From: a virus
Taxonomy: Duplodnaviria > Caudoviricetes
DNA: 64,000 bases
Direction: 5' to 3' (one strand)
Virus record (IMG/VR): IMGVR_UViG_3300027857_000006
Span: 1,907-65,906 of that record
Position numbers and translations under genes: made by a program. Below the pieces are notes generated by a model. It saw only the letters and a program-made list of their open reading frames with translations. It made no database searches and had not been told where the DNA came from. Positions 18,267-26,976 of the stretch are shown in pieces; the stretch's first letter is position 1; each line of letters begins with the position of its first letter.

Positions 18267-18975
18267 GCTGCACCTGCGTTCCCGGCCATTCAAGGAAGAG
18301 TTTCTCGGCTTTACGCATCTCGGCTATGGCCGCCTGGAAGACGCCTAGTTGCTGCGTGTACTGAACCTTGCCCTCGCCGTCTACCGTGGCCGAACCGGCC
18401 CGGTTGTCGTCGGCGTACTGGTACGCCTTCCAGAGAACGCCGGCCTGGATGACTGGGTAGTAGACATCGGGTAGCACCATGGAGCCGGCGGTTGAGAAGT
18501 TCCCTGCCGCGATCTTTGGCGGCTGCCTCTTGTAGGTCAAGTTCGCGGTGGCCGAGTAGCTGTTCGATGGTTTAGGTGCCACACGCAACGTGTCCGGAAC
18601 CGGGTAGGAGGCCACACTAACTACACTAACTTGCTGGGGGATGCCTACCTGCGTGATGGAAGACGGCAGTATAGACACCACCTTAAGGTCCGTGTTGGTA
18701 TCGCTGCCGCTTTGAACCGTGGCCCTGGCCAGGTAGAGGAAGTCGCTCGGAACGGTGACCGGGTAGTCCTGGGTTCCGCCTAGTATCGTCACGTTGCCCA
18801 TAGTCCCAAGAGTCCACCACCAGGGAGCGGCGGCCCACACCAGGGAGCAGACCGAGTCGACAATCTGGTACGACAGGACGCTACTCGCCGCCGTGTCGAT
18901 GGGCATCGACTTGATCATGGCCTTGGCCTCGACAATGGCGTCTGACGGTTTGTAGGTTGCTTGCTGCCAGGGCAT
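18259..18975 (-). CDS. Head-tail adaptor/gatekeeper-like protein (paralog 2)
   Basis: PWWW, QDYP..VPSDFL, APKP, LPDVY..VI..GVL.KAY motifs. Confidence 0.65.
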   Translation of the reverse strand: MPWQQATYKPSDAIVEAKAMIKSMPIDTAASSVLSYQIVDSVCSLVWAAAPWWWTLGTMGNVTILGGTQDYPVTVPSDFLYLARATVQSGSDTNTDLKVVSILPSSITQVGIPQQVSVVSVASYPVPDTLRVAPKPSNSYSATANLTYKRQPPKIAAGNFSTAGSMVLPDVYYPVIQAGVLWKAYQYADDNRAGSATVDGEGKVQYTQQLGVFQAAIAEMRKAEKLFLEWPGTQVQHG

Positions 18976-19005
18976 AGCTGCGCTCTAGGGGTAACTGGTT
19001 ATCTA

Positions 19006-19596
19006 CTAGCCGCCGATAAACTCGCTACGGGGCAACAGGTGACCCGGCACGTCGGTCTCGTCCCAGGTCTTGTAGCAAAGGTTACACATGAAGGCCGTGT
19101 GTCCATTGGACAGACGCTGGCCACCGAGTCGGGTGCCTCGACCGTCCTCTTTGCGGTGGTCGCAGACACGTTGCGTCAGCAACTGGCGCTCGTGCATCTG
19201 CTTGATGTTGTCGACCTGGGCGAGGCGAAGACGGTTCTGTTGGTCCTTCTCGGCTTCCTCGGCCAGGCGCTTTTTCTCACTGTCGGCGTTCAGGTTATCA
19301 AGTAGCTTTAGAAGAACCGCATCAAGCACCGGGTTACTGCCGCCGCCTCCCTTTGACGACAGCAGTCCAGCGATGCCGAGGGTTGCGTTGGTGCTGTCGG
19401 TCTCCTGGTCGGCTGCCTTGGCGGCCACACCCGCCGCGTGCTTGTTGACGATGGCGTTGACAGCGGCTTTGCGCTGCGGTTCGGAAAGAACTACTTCTGC
19501 CGTGTCGGGCTCACTGCCTCCACCACTACCGCCACCGTATACCGATGGATTATTGAGAACTTGATTCATTAAAAGAAAACCTGCTGTATCGAACAC
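19006..19596 (-). CDS. Hypothetical protein with C-terminal Zn finger
   Basis: CDHRK...CNLC motif. Confidence 0.6.
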   Translation of the reverse strand: MFDTAGFLLMNQVLNNPSVYGGGSGGGSEPDTAEVVLSEPQRKAAVNAIVNKHAAGVAAKAADQETDSTNATLGIAGLLSSKGGGGSNPVLDAVLLKLLDNLNADSEKKRLAEEAEKDQQNRLRLAQVDNIKQMHERQLLTQRVCDHRKEDGRGTRLGGQRLSNGHTAFMCNLCYKTWDETDVPGHLLPRSEFIGG

Positions 19597-19599
19597 TTT

Positions 19600-19770
19600 T
19601 CACTCTCCCTTATCGTATACGGCCCTTGTAATCTTAGCTTTATCCAGAGCCGATTGCTTAAACTCTTCGGCGTGGTAGTCGTTAATTAAAGTCCACGCCT
19701 CCATCTCGTCGCGTGCTGCACCCTCGATCTCAAGCGAGAAGGAGGGTACGTGAACAGTTAACTTTGCCAA
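19600..19770 (-). CDS. Small hypothetical protein (56 aa, absent from the ORF track)
   Basis: TTG start right after the upstream TAA; MAKLTVHVPSFSLEIEG...; fills the gap exactly. Confidence 0.55.
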   Translation of the reverse strand: MAKLTVHVPSFSLEIEGAARDEMEAWTLINDYHAEEFKQSALDKAKITRAVYDKGE

Positions 19771-19771
19771 G

Positions 19772-20140
19772 TTACTGACCTTCGACGGGTACGCTGACGT
19801 CCCACTGGGCGAAGTTGAACTCCTGCCCTTTGGGAACTCCAGGCATACCCCAGTAGGAAGCCAAGAGGGCCGCGTTGCGCACTACACCACTACCGAAGTC
19901 GAACCAGGGTACGTCGTGATTGAAGCCGAAGGGGCTTCCCTTGGCCTGTTGAATCGGAGGTGCCTGGTAGACGCGAGGTACCGGCGTCCAGAAGGAGGCC
20001 AGAACCTTGGCGCTGGACTGTTCCAAGCAGTAGCGCGGGTTGATGGACCACCCGCCGTCCGGGACGAGCGGATGGTACTCGATAACCGTGTCGTCATAGG
20101 ACGGTACGTAGTCGGTTGGATTGATCGTAGGTGTTGCCAT
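19772..20140 (-). CDS. Hypothetical protein, stand-alone copy of a domain in 15568-17211
   Basis: AAGGAG RBS; NP...A..L...Q.P..Q...GSPF.F...W...G.V.NA motif. Confidence 0.65.
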   Translation of the reverse strand: MATPTINPTDYVPSYDDTVIEYHPLVPDGGWSINPRYCLEQSSAKVLASFWTPVPRVYQAPPIQQAKGSPFGFNHDVPWFDFGSGVVRNAALLASYWGMPGVPKGQEFNFAQWDVSVPVEGQ

Positions 20141-20160
20141 AGTTATTCTCTGCTCCTTTT

Positions 20161-20889
20161 TTAAATTGTTGCTGACACGCCGGCTTTGCCGGTGGCTCGT
20201 GCCCAGTTAGCTCGGTCGTCGCTGCCGCCAAGATTCCTTACTATGGTCTTGGCCTGTTCTAGGGTAATGTAGCCTTTCTGAAGTGGACGGACCACAACCG
20301 AACGCCAGCCACGGATAGCTTCACGGCTAGTTTCTAGAACCCTTCTAAATCCAGGTCGGAAGTTCGGGTCGTGGTTGCCAGCGCGACGCCTGAGAAGCTC
20401 TTCTTTAGCTCCGGCTGTCCCTAGGGACTTGATCAACTCGTAGGCCTCCTGTACCGAGACAGGGTTTGCCTTGACATCGGCGCGGTCCAGAAGCTTTCCG
20501 CCAAGAGCAAAGTCCGGGTCTGGTTCCCATCGCCAGGTGGCCGACATAATTGACCACTCAGGAGTAACTCCGGACTCGTAAAGGCAGATGTAGTCTGGAT
20601 GGGTCTGTCCCGGGTTCTGGTAGGACAGCCTCTTCTTAGAGGGATTTCCCCCTACCGGTTCAAAGACAAAGTTCTCGGAACAGCGCCTAAGTTCTTGCTC
20701 TAGTCTTTCTGGACTAGCGTACAGACGGCCGGCTTGGCGCTCTGGGTTCGATGGAGACGCGTCAAGGTCATGGATGACACGGGCATTTCCGAGCTGCTCC
20801 ATGGTCCACGAGTTGATCTCGTGGGCCGTTCTCTCCTGCTGCTCTCCTCGCAAGTTTCTTGTTAACCTCTGTTCGTCAAGTACTAGCAT
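20161..20889 (-). CDS. Hypothetical head-region protein
   Basis: ATG 20889 with GGAGAG RBS; C-terminal RGWRSVV motif. Confidence 0.6.
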   Translation of the reverse strand: MLVLDEQRLTRNLRGEQQERTAHEINSWTMEQLGNARVIHDLDASPSNPERQAGRLYASPERLEQELRRCSENFVFEPVGGNPSKKRLSYQNPGQTHPDYICLYESGVTPEWSIMSATWRWEPDPDFALGGKLLDRADVKANPVSVQEAYELIKSLGTAGAKEELLRRRAGNHDPNFRPGFRRVLETSREAIRGWRSVVVRPLQKGYITLEQAKTIVRNLGGSDDRANWARATGKAGVSATI

Positions 20890-20902
20890 CCACTCTCTCC
20901 CT

Positions 20903-22231
20903 TTACTGGCAGGTCCAGGCCGTTCCGTTGTACACCGCAAGGTGTCCGGAGCCGGAAGTCGCGCAGGTCGCTGCCGTCGTGCAGTTAGTGCAATAAAAGT
21001 GGTCTCCGGTGTTTGGGCTCGCCGGGGCACCGGATAGGACGGACGGAAACTCGCCTATGGGGGCCGCAAAGTAGGATCGACCGATAGAAGATCCAACCAC
21101 GGTAGGGCCACCGTTTCCGATCACGTTCACTAGCGAGGTGGCAAAGACCCAGGCTGAACCGAAGGTTCCGATAGCCGTGTTAGCAACCACGGTTGCTCCT
21201 CCTGAACTACCTCCGTCCTTATCAACCGCTATGCCGTACCGGTAGTTGAAGAAGGTTGAACCGTCGGTTCCGGTTACGATGGTGTTTCCGGTGATGGAAC
21301 ATCCCCCGCAGCTCTCTACGTGGATAGCGTCATAGGTCGCGGCTACAGAAGGGCCTGGGATGAAATAGTTAGAGCTAAGTACGTCGTTACCCTGCGTAGC
21401 ATCCGGTATATAGATTCCGTGCTTCTTTTCGGCGAATAGGTTACCTATGACCTGGTGCTCTCCACCAGGGGTGCCGTAGGCGTGGAATCCGTGGTTAGAG
21501 TTCTGGCCAAAGTTGCTGCCGATAATCTTCACCGACTGGCAGGTGTTACACTCGATTCCGTCACCACCGCTGGACTCGATCCTGGACTGAGAGATAAGCC
21601 AGTTGGCGCTTCCACCGTCAAGGAAGATGTTCGACGAGCCGGACTGACGGAACATGGAGGAGATCACGTGCCCACAGCATGACTCGTTATTGGTTGAGTG
21701 CACGTAGAGGTTGTACCTCTTGGAGTTTTGTACAGTAAGGTGGTCGAAGTCCTGACCGCCGGAAAGGTTTATCAAAACTCCGTCCTGGGCAGAGGAGTTA
21801 TTGGCCTTGTTTCCATCAATGACTATGTCTCTGATGCCCTGTAGAGAGGAGTTCATGCGAACTACGTAAGCAAGGTTTGAGCCAGACTTCTCTACGATCC
21901 AGGATGACATGTTATTGCTCGGTGGAATTAGCCCAGCTCCGTCGGCTACTGGCTGTCCAACTAGAAATTCACCCTGGTAGGTCATTGTTAGACCAGTACC
22001 CACTACGCAGACCCCCTTGGGTAGAGCGCACGTCCCACCGGTCGTATTGCTGTCAAGGCATGACTGGATCGCTGGTGCATCGTCGAACACGCCATTGCAC
22101 TGAGCCCCAAAGCTTCTAACGTCCAGAGCCGGCATGTTCTTGATCTGGAATATCCAGTCGATCTTGGTTACGGCATAGAAGCCGCCAAGGATGGCCGACA
22201 TTACTACAAGAACTGAGACTGACTTTCTCAT
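20903..22231 (-). CDS. Tailspike-like right-handed beta-helix (pectate-lyase-like)
   Basis: VRSFGAQCNGVFDDAPAIQ N-terminal motif and parallel beta-helix repeats; hydrophobic N-terminus. Confidence 0.8.
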   Translation of the reverse strand: MRKSVSVLVVMSAILGGFYAVTKIDWIFQIKNMPALDVRSFGAQCNGVFDDAPAIQSCLDSNTTGGTCALPKGVCVVGTGLTMTYQGEFLVGQPVADGAGLIPPSNNMSSWIVEKSGSNLAYVVRMNSSLQGIRDIVIDGNKANNSSAQDGVLINLSGGQDFDHLTVQNSKRYNLYVHSTNNESCCGHVISSMFRQSGSSNIFLDGGSANWLISQSRIESSGGDGIECNTCQSVKIIGSNFGQNSNHGFHAYGTPGGEHQVIGNLFAEKKHGIYIPDATQGNDVLSSNYFIPGPSVAATYDAIHVESCGGCSITGNTIVTGTDGSTFFNYRYGIAVDKDGGSSGGATVVANTAIGTFGSAWVFATSLVNVIGNGGPTVVGSSIGRSYFAAPIGEFPSVLSGAPASPNTGDHFYCTNCTTAATCATSGSGHLAVYNGTAWTCQ

Positions 22232-22839
22232 GTAAAGTATAATGCCCTTATTAGTGTTCCAACCGGCATAGCCGACGTTAGAGTAATCGTGTTACCGCTG
22301 ACGGTGTAGTCGGTGGTAGGGGTAGCGCTTAGTCCATTGATCTTTAGGTCCAGAAGAACCGGTGGGAAGTTGATGGTGTAAAGGGTGTTGACGTTGTCGA
22401 TGGCACCTACCGGTATTTCGTCGTGATATCCCTGCATAACCGTTCCAGTAACAGTGGATGATGGTGTGGGTACAACGCTAGCTGCTGTAGGTAAAGCAAG
22501 GCTTGGCACCGTGATAGTGTAAGGACTGGTCGATACCGTAAAAAGTCCAGTGTTTCCTAGTTGAGAATCGTTGTTGTCGTAGAAGAAGGCGGCGTACTTG
22601 GTTCCAGGAGGTTCAAGAGACGAGTTGAAGTAGACCCTTGCCGACTGGTCGTAGACACCTTTCTGGATACGAACCTTGACCCTGTCGCCAAGGCGCTGCG
22701 GTATTAACTGGTTAGCTACCGTGGCAAAGCTGTAGCCGGTCGGATAGGCCAGCATAAGCAACACCCAACCGTCGAACGGAGTGATCCCGTCGTTGTAGAG
22801 CACGGTTCCGGCTAGGCTGGCTGAGTTAGGTATCGACAT
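22228..22839 (-). CDS. Virion structural protein (fibre-associated)
   Basis: C-terminal G.IDNVNT.YT...NGL...DYTVSG.TIT module common in phage fibres. Confidence 0.6.
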   Translation of the reverse strand: MSIPNSASLAGTVLYNDGITPFDGWVLLMLAYPTGYSFATVANQLIPQRLGDRVKVRIQKGVYDQSARVYFNSSLEPPGTKYAAFFYDNNDSQLGNTGLFTVSTSPYTITVPSLALPTAASVVPTPSSTVTGTVMQGYHDEIPVGAIDNVNTLYTINFPPVLLDLKINGLSATPTTDYTVSGNTITLTSAMPVGTLIRALYFT

Positions 22840-23064
22840 CTACTTGGCGTCATCTTCCAGGCGCTGCTCCTGGCGGGCCATCTGGGTGGCCAGCAAGTTA
22901 ACCGCGTCCCTTAGCTTTACGACCTCGGCCTTAAGGTCACCGTAGTCACGCTCAATGTTCGACTGACGCTGGTCACGGGAGCCGCCGGCCCAGGCCATGC
23001 CGATAACTAGAGTCAGGGTCGGTATGATGACGTTTAACCACTCACGAAGGTTCTTCATGGTCAC
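22840..23064 (-). CDS. Small membrane protein (holin-like, TM plus coiled coil)
   Basis: Single TM helix followed by an amphipathic coil. Confidence 0.5.
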   Translation of the reverse strand: MTMKNLREWLNVIIPTLTLVIGMAWAGGSRDQRQSNIERDYGDLKAEVVKLRDAVNLLATQMARQEQRLEDDAK

Positions 23065-23066
23065 CT

Positions 23067-23110
23067 AAAAAGAAACGCCGCCAGCAGCCGGGGAGGCCGA
23101 AGGCGGCGCT
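23067..23110 (-). terminator. Intrinsic terminator
   Basis: GCGCCGCC...GGCGGCGT stem followed by TTCTTTTT on the - strand. Confidence 0.7.
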
Positions 23111-23218
23111 TGGCCGGGGGCGAACGACCGGTGGGAGCGACCGGTCAGAAAGGTCCGCGCGCCTCGGCAGTCGTCGTGACGACGCTCCCGTCGTCACACG
23201 TCGTGGGCGAACACGACG
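23111..23218 (-). ncRNA. Structured RNA with complementary (kissing) loops
   Basis: Three perfect hairpins; loops GGGAGC(G) and (C)GCTCCC are complementary. Confidence 0.5.
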
Positions 23219-23467
23219 TTAGGCTGTACCCGGCAGACCGTCGCTGACGGCTTGCAGGGCTGATTCCAGGTCACTGATAGACTTCTTGGCCACAGCCACC
23301 TTGGCCGCCTCGTCGTCACTGTCGGACTTGAGAACGGCGTTGGCTGTGTCGAGAGACTTCTGGGCGGCGTCGCGCGAGGCGGTGTCCTGGACGATCTTGG
23401 CCTCTGCTCCGCGAACGTCGGATAGGGCGGTTTCGGTTGCGTTGATGAGATCGCTAAGGCTAGCCAT
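23219..23467 (-). CDS. Small coiled-coil protein
   Basis: AGGAG RBS before ATG 23467. Confidence 0.65.
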   Translation of the reverse strand: MASLSDLINATETALSDVRGAEAKIVQDTASRDAAQKSLDTANAVLKSDSDDEAAKVAVAKKSISDLESALQAVSDGLPGTA

Positions 23468-23741
23468 TGAAGCTCCTGTCGTTACGTACCATGGCGATAC
23501 CCCGTTCGAAAGCTTCCATCGGCGAGCGCAGCTTGTGGCCGAGACCATCCCCCGTGTCGGTAGCGCTATCCTTGAAACCGCTGGCGGTAAGTAGAGCACC
23601 GGTGGCCGCGTTAACGGTTACCGTGTTGTTAGCGCTGATGTCGGTTCCACCCGAAGCGTTTGTAGTGGGAGCCCGCTGGACTCCGTTAAGAGCCCAGGTT
23701 CCGTCACCGTTGTCAGTTACGTTGATACTATAGTTAGCCAC
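23460..23741 (-). CDS. Small virion-associated protein
   Basis: AAGGA RBS, GTG start, beta-rich. Confidence 0.65.
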   Translation of the reverse strand: MANYSINVTDNGDGTWALNGVQRAPTTNASGGTDISANNTVTVNAATGALLTASGFKDSATDTGDGLGHKLRSPMEAFERGIAMVRNDRSFNG

Positions 23742-23800
23742 TTTCTTTTCCTTTCTGATGGACCCCGCAAGATCCCAGAACGCGGTTTGGGTAGTCCGCT

Positions 23801-24040
23801 CTACTCGCCGCTTTGCGGCTGTTGCGCCAGTCGAACCTTGGGGCCGTAGCTGGCCGGCGGCAGGCCGCTAGGTGACGGCTGTTGGCGCTTGTTGAAGCGC
23901 TGCGCCTGCTGCACCTTATTCTTGGTCTCCTTGGTTGCCAGTCCGCTGTGGGTCGTGTCAAAACCGCCACCGACGCCGCCCGATAGAAGCTTCTTCACCG
24001 AGGACGCGGGACCCTTAACCTTCATCGTTGCACTTTGCAT
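23801..24040 (-). CDS. Small basic protein
   Basis: Operon context; K/Q-rich. Confidence 0.5.
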   Translation of the reverse strand: MQSATMKVKGPASSVKKLLSGGVGGGFDTTHSGLATKETKNKVQQAQRFNKRQQPSPSGLPPASYGPKVRLAQQPQSGE

Positions 24041-24044
24041 AGAA

Positions 24045-24242
24045 CTAGCTCTTCCCCATCCCCGGGTACTTGCGGGCCACGGCGGCGTTAACCTTGGCCT
24101 TCTCGGCTGGTGTTCCGAAGGCCGACACGCGCGCCTTGGCGTTGGCCGCGTGCGAACGGTCCTCGATGGGGTACCGACGACCCGACAGCGCGAAGGAAGA
24201 CCCGCTTAGCGCCTTCCGTGCGTTTGTGGTCAGCTTAGCCAA
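24045..24242 (-). CDS. Small basic phage protein (DUF6582-like)
   Basis: L...R..L..S.FAL..R.YPI.D..HA.NA.AR motif. Confidence 0.7.
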   Translation of the reverse strand: MAKLTTNARKALSGSSFALSGRRYPIEDRSHAANAKARVSAFGTPAEKAKVNAAVARKYPGMGKS

Positions 24243-24269
24243 GGTTATAACCGTAGTGCCGCGAAGCGG

Positions 24270-24827
24270 CTAGAAAGCGCCGTTCTGCTCTTTGAGGACA
24301 ACCTGGATCAGCAGGCCGCCGGAACCGGTGAAGGTACCGCTGGTAGTGATTGCCACCGCGTCACCCTGTCGGAAGGCTACGGCCGAGCCGGTCTTGAGAA
24401 CCGCGTCGGTAATGCCGGTGGCCGTGGTGGTCGAGTTAGAGCCGTGCTGGGTCTTCGCTCCGCTACCGTCAAAGTTATTGGTCGACGTGAAGGCCGGGAA
24501 GGCCACAACGGTCGTTCCGAAGGCCGGATCGGTCGTGTTCAGGGAGGCAGCCGTACCGGTGTCGTAGGGTAGGATCTTCGGAGAGGCGGTCACCGACAGG
24601 GTGCCGGCAGTACCGGCGGCCATCACGAAGGAGCAGCCGACGTAGGTGCACGGGCAGGGGGCGACGCCGATAGGGACGGCGGTCACGGCCGCCGAGGTAC
24701 CGGTCACCCAGTAGTCGAACGTGTAGTACTTGCCGCTGTAGCCCTGGTTGCCGCCCGCCAGGGACGGGCCGGAGCCGGACTTGTCGAAGCCTACGTTAGC
24801 GAGGACTTTGGTGTCGAATTGAGCCAT
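24270..24827 (-). CDS. Putative capsid decoration protein
   Basis: Downstream of MCP, AAGGA RBS, T/G/A-rich beta sandwich. Confidence 0.55.
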   Translation of the reverse strand: MAQFDTKVLANVGFDKSGSGPSLAGGNQGYSGKYYTFDYWVTGTSAAVTAVPIGVAPCPCTYVGCSFVMAAGTAGTLSVTASPKILPYDTGTAASLNTTDPAFGTTVVAFPAFTSTNNFDGSGAKTQHGSNSTTTATGITDAVLKTGSAVAFRQGDAVAITTSGTFTGSGGLLIQVVLKEQNGAF

Positions 24828-25374
24828 TGATTTCCTTTTCCTTGTGCCGCTCTAGGTAAACGGCTATTTCTCGTAGAACCTGCGGGTCGTCTTCGGCTAG
24901 GCCAGCGACCACGTTACATCGGTTGCAAAGCCACCCGCGAAAAGCTCCGGTACGGTGGTCGTGATCAAAGACCGTTTTGGCCTCGGTTGATCGACCAGCA
25001 CCGGTCTTGCCACATCCCGGGATCTCGCACACCAAAGCTCGTGGGCGACCGGCAATCTCTGCCAGTTTTTGATCCCGTCGAATTCGGTATGCTGCTTTGC
25101 CACGGCGATTGTACTCCTGCTTTTTTTCCAGAGAAAGCTTAAGGCGATTTACCCCCGCTTTCTCTCTTAGCTCTTCGGCGTGCTCGGCGTAGTACGCTCG
25201 CTGCTTCGCCTTCAACTCTTCATGTGACTGTCGAGAGCGTGGCGGCTTGGTTCGGTTAGCTTCGTACCTGGCCTTCCTACGAGCGGCAATTTCTACCGCA
25301 TTAACCCGCCTCCACTCTCGCTCGTATGCACGTCTTGCTTCGATGCGTTCTTGCAATTCACTGGTGTTTATCAT
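24796..25374 (-). CDS. Endonuclease VII-family HNH homing endonuclease
   Basis: CEIPGC...DHDH.TG.FRGWLC.RCN...G motif; own leaderless promoter. Confidence 0.9.
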   Translation of the reverse strand: MINTSELQERIEARRAYEREWRRVNAVEIAARRKARYEANRTKPPRSRQSHEELKAKQRAYYAEHAEELREKAGVNRLKLSLEKKQEYNRRGKAAYRIRRDQKLAEIAGRPRALVCEIPGCGKTGAGRSTEAKTVFDHDHRTGAFRGWLCNRCNVVAGLAEDDPQVLREIAVYLERHKEKEINGSIRHQSPR

Positions 25375-25380
25375 GACACC

Positions 25381-25409
25381 AGTGTAGCACAAGTCCTTTA
25401 TCTACGCAA
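25381..25409 (-). promoter_or_regulatory. Sigma70-type promoter TTGCGT-N17-(TGc)TACACT, leaderless
   Basis: 17-nt spacing, extended -10, ATG 6 nt downstream. Confidence 0.6.
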
Positions 25410-26436
25410 CTATACTTGATGGTGCATCAGTCATGCGATATCGGAACTGACCTTGGAGATTTGGGGCGTCTAGCAGTTTCGCAGCGAACTTGAAGTTAAA
25501 CGACACCATCGCGCCGATCACACCCTCGGGGTCCGCGATGTCGGGCTTGCCCTGGATCACGTTGAGCGAGAAGCGCTCCTTGGACGGGTCGCTGATGCGC
25601 TGCGGTGCACGGCCCGCCAGGTCCACGACGCCATAGGCGTTCTTGCCGAAGACGTAGACACGCCAGTAGTCCACCGAGGACACGGTCAGCGTCTTGACGT
25701 TGGTGTTCTCGAAGAACTTGCAGCCACCCACGTTGGCCACCGCGCCACGATCCTCGTTCTTAATGAAGGCGGACGGGTCCGTGAACTTGTAGATGTCCAT
25801 CAGGCCGCCGGCCGCCGGGTCGTTGACCAGGTCGTACGACACGTAGGGATGGATCACGCCGAAGAAGCTGCCCTTGGCGAGACCGCTGTCCATCGGCAGG
25901 ACATCGAGACCCTGCAACTGGTGACGGGCGTTCCGGGCGTCACCGGCCCGGTAGAAGGAGCCAAGGGTCGCCAGGCCAGCACCCGAGGTCGAAGTGATCT
26001 GGGTCGTGTTGGGCGAGTCGATCTCGGTCCGGGTGATCGTGTCAACCACGTAGGCCGCCCGATAGGACAGCATGTCGGACACGTTCTCTACGACCGGGTC
26101 GATGGCCGTGTCCTTCAAGAAGTCGCTGACGGTCGCGAAGTCGGTATACTGGGAGACGGTTGCCGACACGATGGTCGACGTGACCGCGATGCCGGTGCCG
26201 ACCGAACCCTCGAAACCGTCCTTGGCCGTGATGGTGGACGGGACGACGGCGGACGGGATGTAGCGGAACCACTGGACCGTCTTGCCGGACTGTTTGGGGA
26301 TCGAGTCCATCATAGCTGCTTCGCTGAAGATGAACTTGCGCTTGAGGTTGTCCAGGGCTCTGGTCTTGTAATAAACCGTCGCGAGGTGGGAAATGGACGG
26401 AGTCGCTGTGGTAATACTTGCTGGGGTGTAAGCCAT
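25402..26436 (-). CDS. Major capsid protein, N4-gp56 family
   Basis: IPKQSGKTVQWFRY, ATVSQY.DF..VSD, IHPYVSYDL, FG..AYG motifs; follows the scaffold. Confidence 0.9.
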   Translation of the reverse strand: MAYTPASITTATPSISHLATVYYKTRALDNLKRKFIFSEAAMMDSIPKQSGKTVQWFRYIPSAVVPSTITAKDGFEGSVGTGIAVTSTIVSATVSQYTDFATVSDFLKDTAIDPVVENVSDMLSYRAAYVVDTITRTEIDSPNTTQITSTSGAGLATLGSFYRAGDARNARHQLQGLDVLPMDSGLAKGSFFGVIHPYVSYDLVNDPAAGGLMDIYKFTDPSAFIKNEDRGAVANVGGCKFFENTNVKTLTVSSVDYWRVYVFGKNAYGVVDLAGRAPQRISDPSKERFSLNVIQGKPDIADPEGVIGAMVSFNFKFAAKLLDAPNLQGQFRYRMTDAPSSIVA

Positions 26437-26442
26437 TTATTT

Positions 26443-26976
26443 TCAGTCCTTTACAGGTACCTTCGTGTCAAGGGATTTGATGCCCTCGGAGATCACGCTG
26501 AGCGCCGGGCCATATCCGACACCGCCAGCCCGCAGGTAAGCGGCTAGCTTTTCTAGGATTTCTGGGTTGTCCTTGACGAAGCCAAGGACAACATTACACG
26601 GAGAACAGAGCCAGCCCCTGAAATTTCCAGAAGCATGGCAGTGATCGAATACAATCTCACGAGTTCCATGTTTCTTGGAGATCGTCCACCACACACTTCG
26701 CACTTAGTCGGTCTTGGGCGACCAGCTAAGCTCACCAGTAAATGTTCGTTCTTGGTCAATTTATTTCGGTCGTGCCTTCTGGATCTAGCCATTCGCTGCT
26801 CAGGATTATTCTGCTTCTCTAAGTAGCGATACCTCTTGCCGTTTTCCAGAAGTTTCTCTCGGTTGGTGGCATAGTACTTTTTACCGTACTCGCTCATCTT
26901 CTTCAACCGATCTGCCCTATTTTTTTGATAGTACCGTTGGCAGTAAATCTTATTTTGCTCGGGGGGTCCGAGGCAT
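26443..26976 (-). pseudogene. Frameshifted EndoVII HNH endonuclease
   Basis: Three reading-frame segments (MPRTP / EQNKIY...CEVCG / KKHG...DHCHASGNFRGWLCSPCN) join into a paralog of 24796-25374. Confidence 0.75.

Noticed and set aside
20903-22231. Diversity-generating retroelement targeting fibre genes
   Set aside because: No reverse transcriptase and no template/variable repeat pair was noticed in the window.
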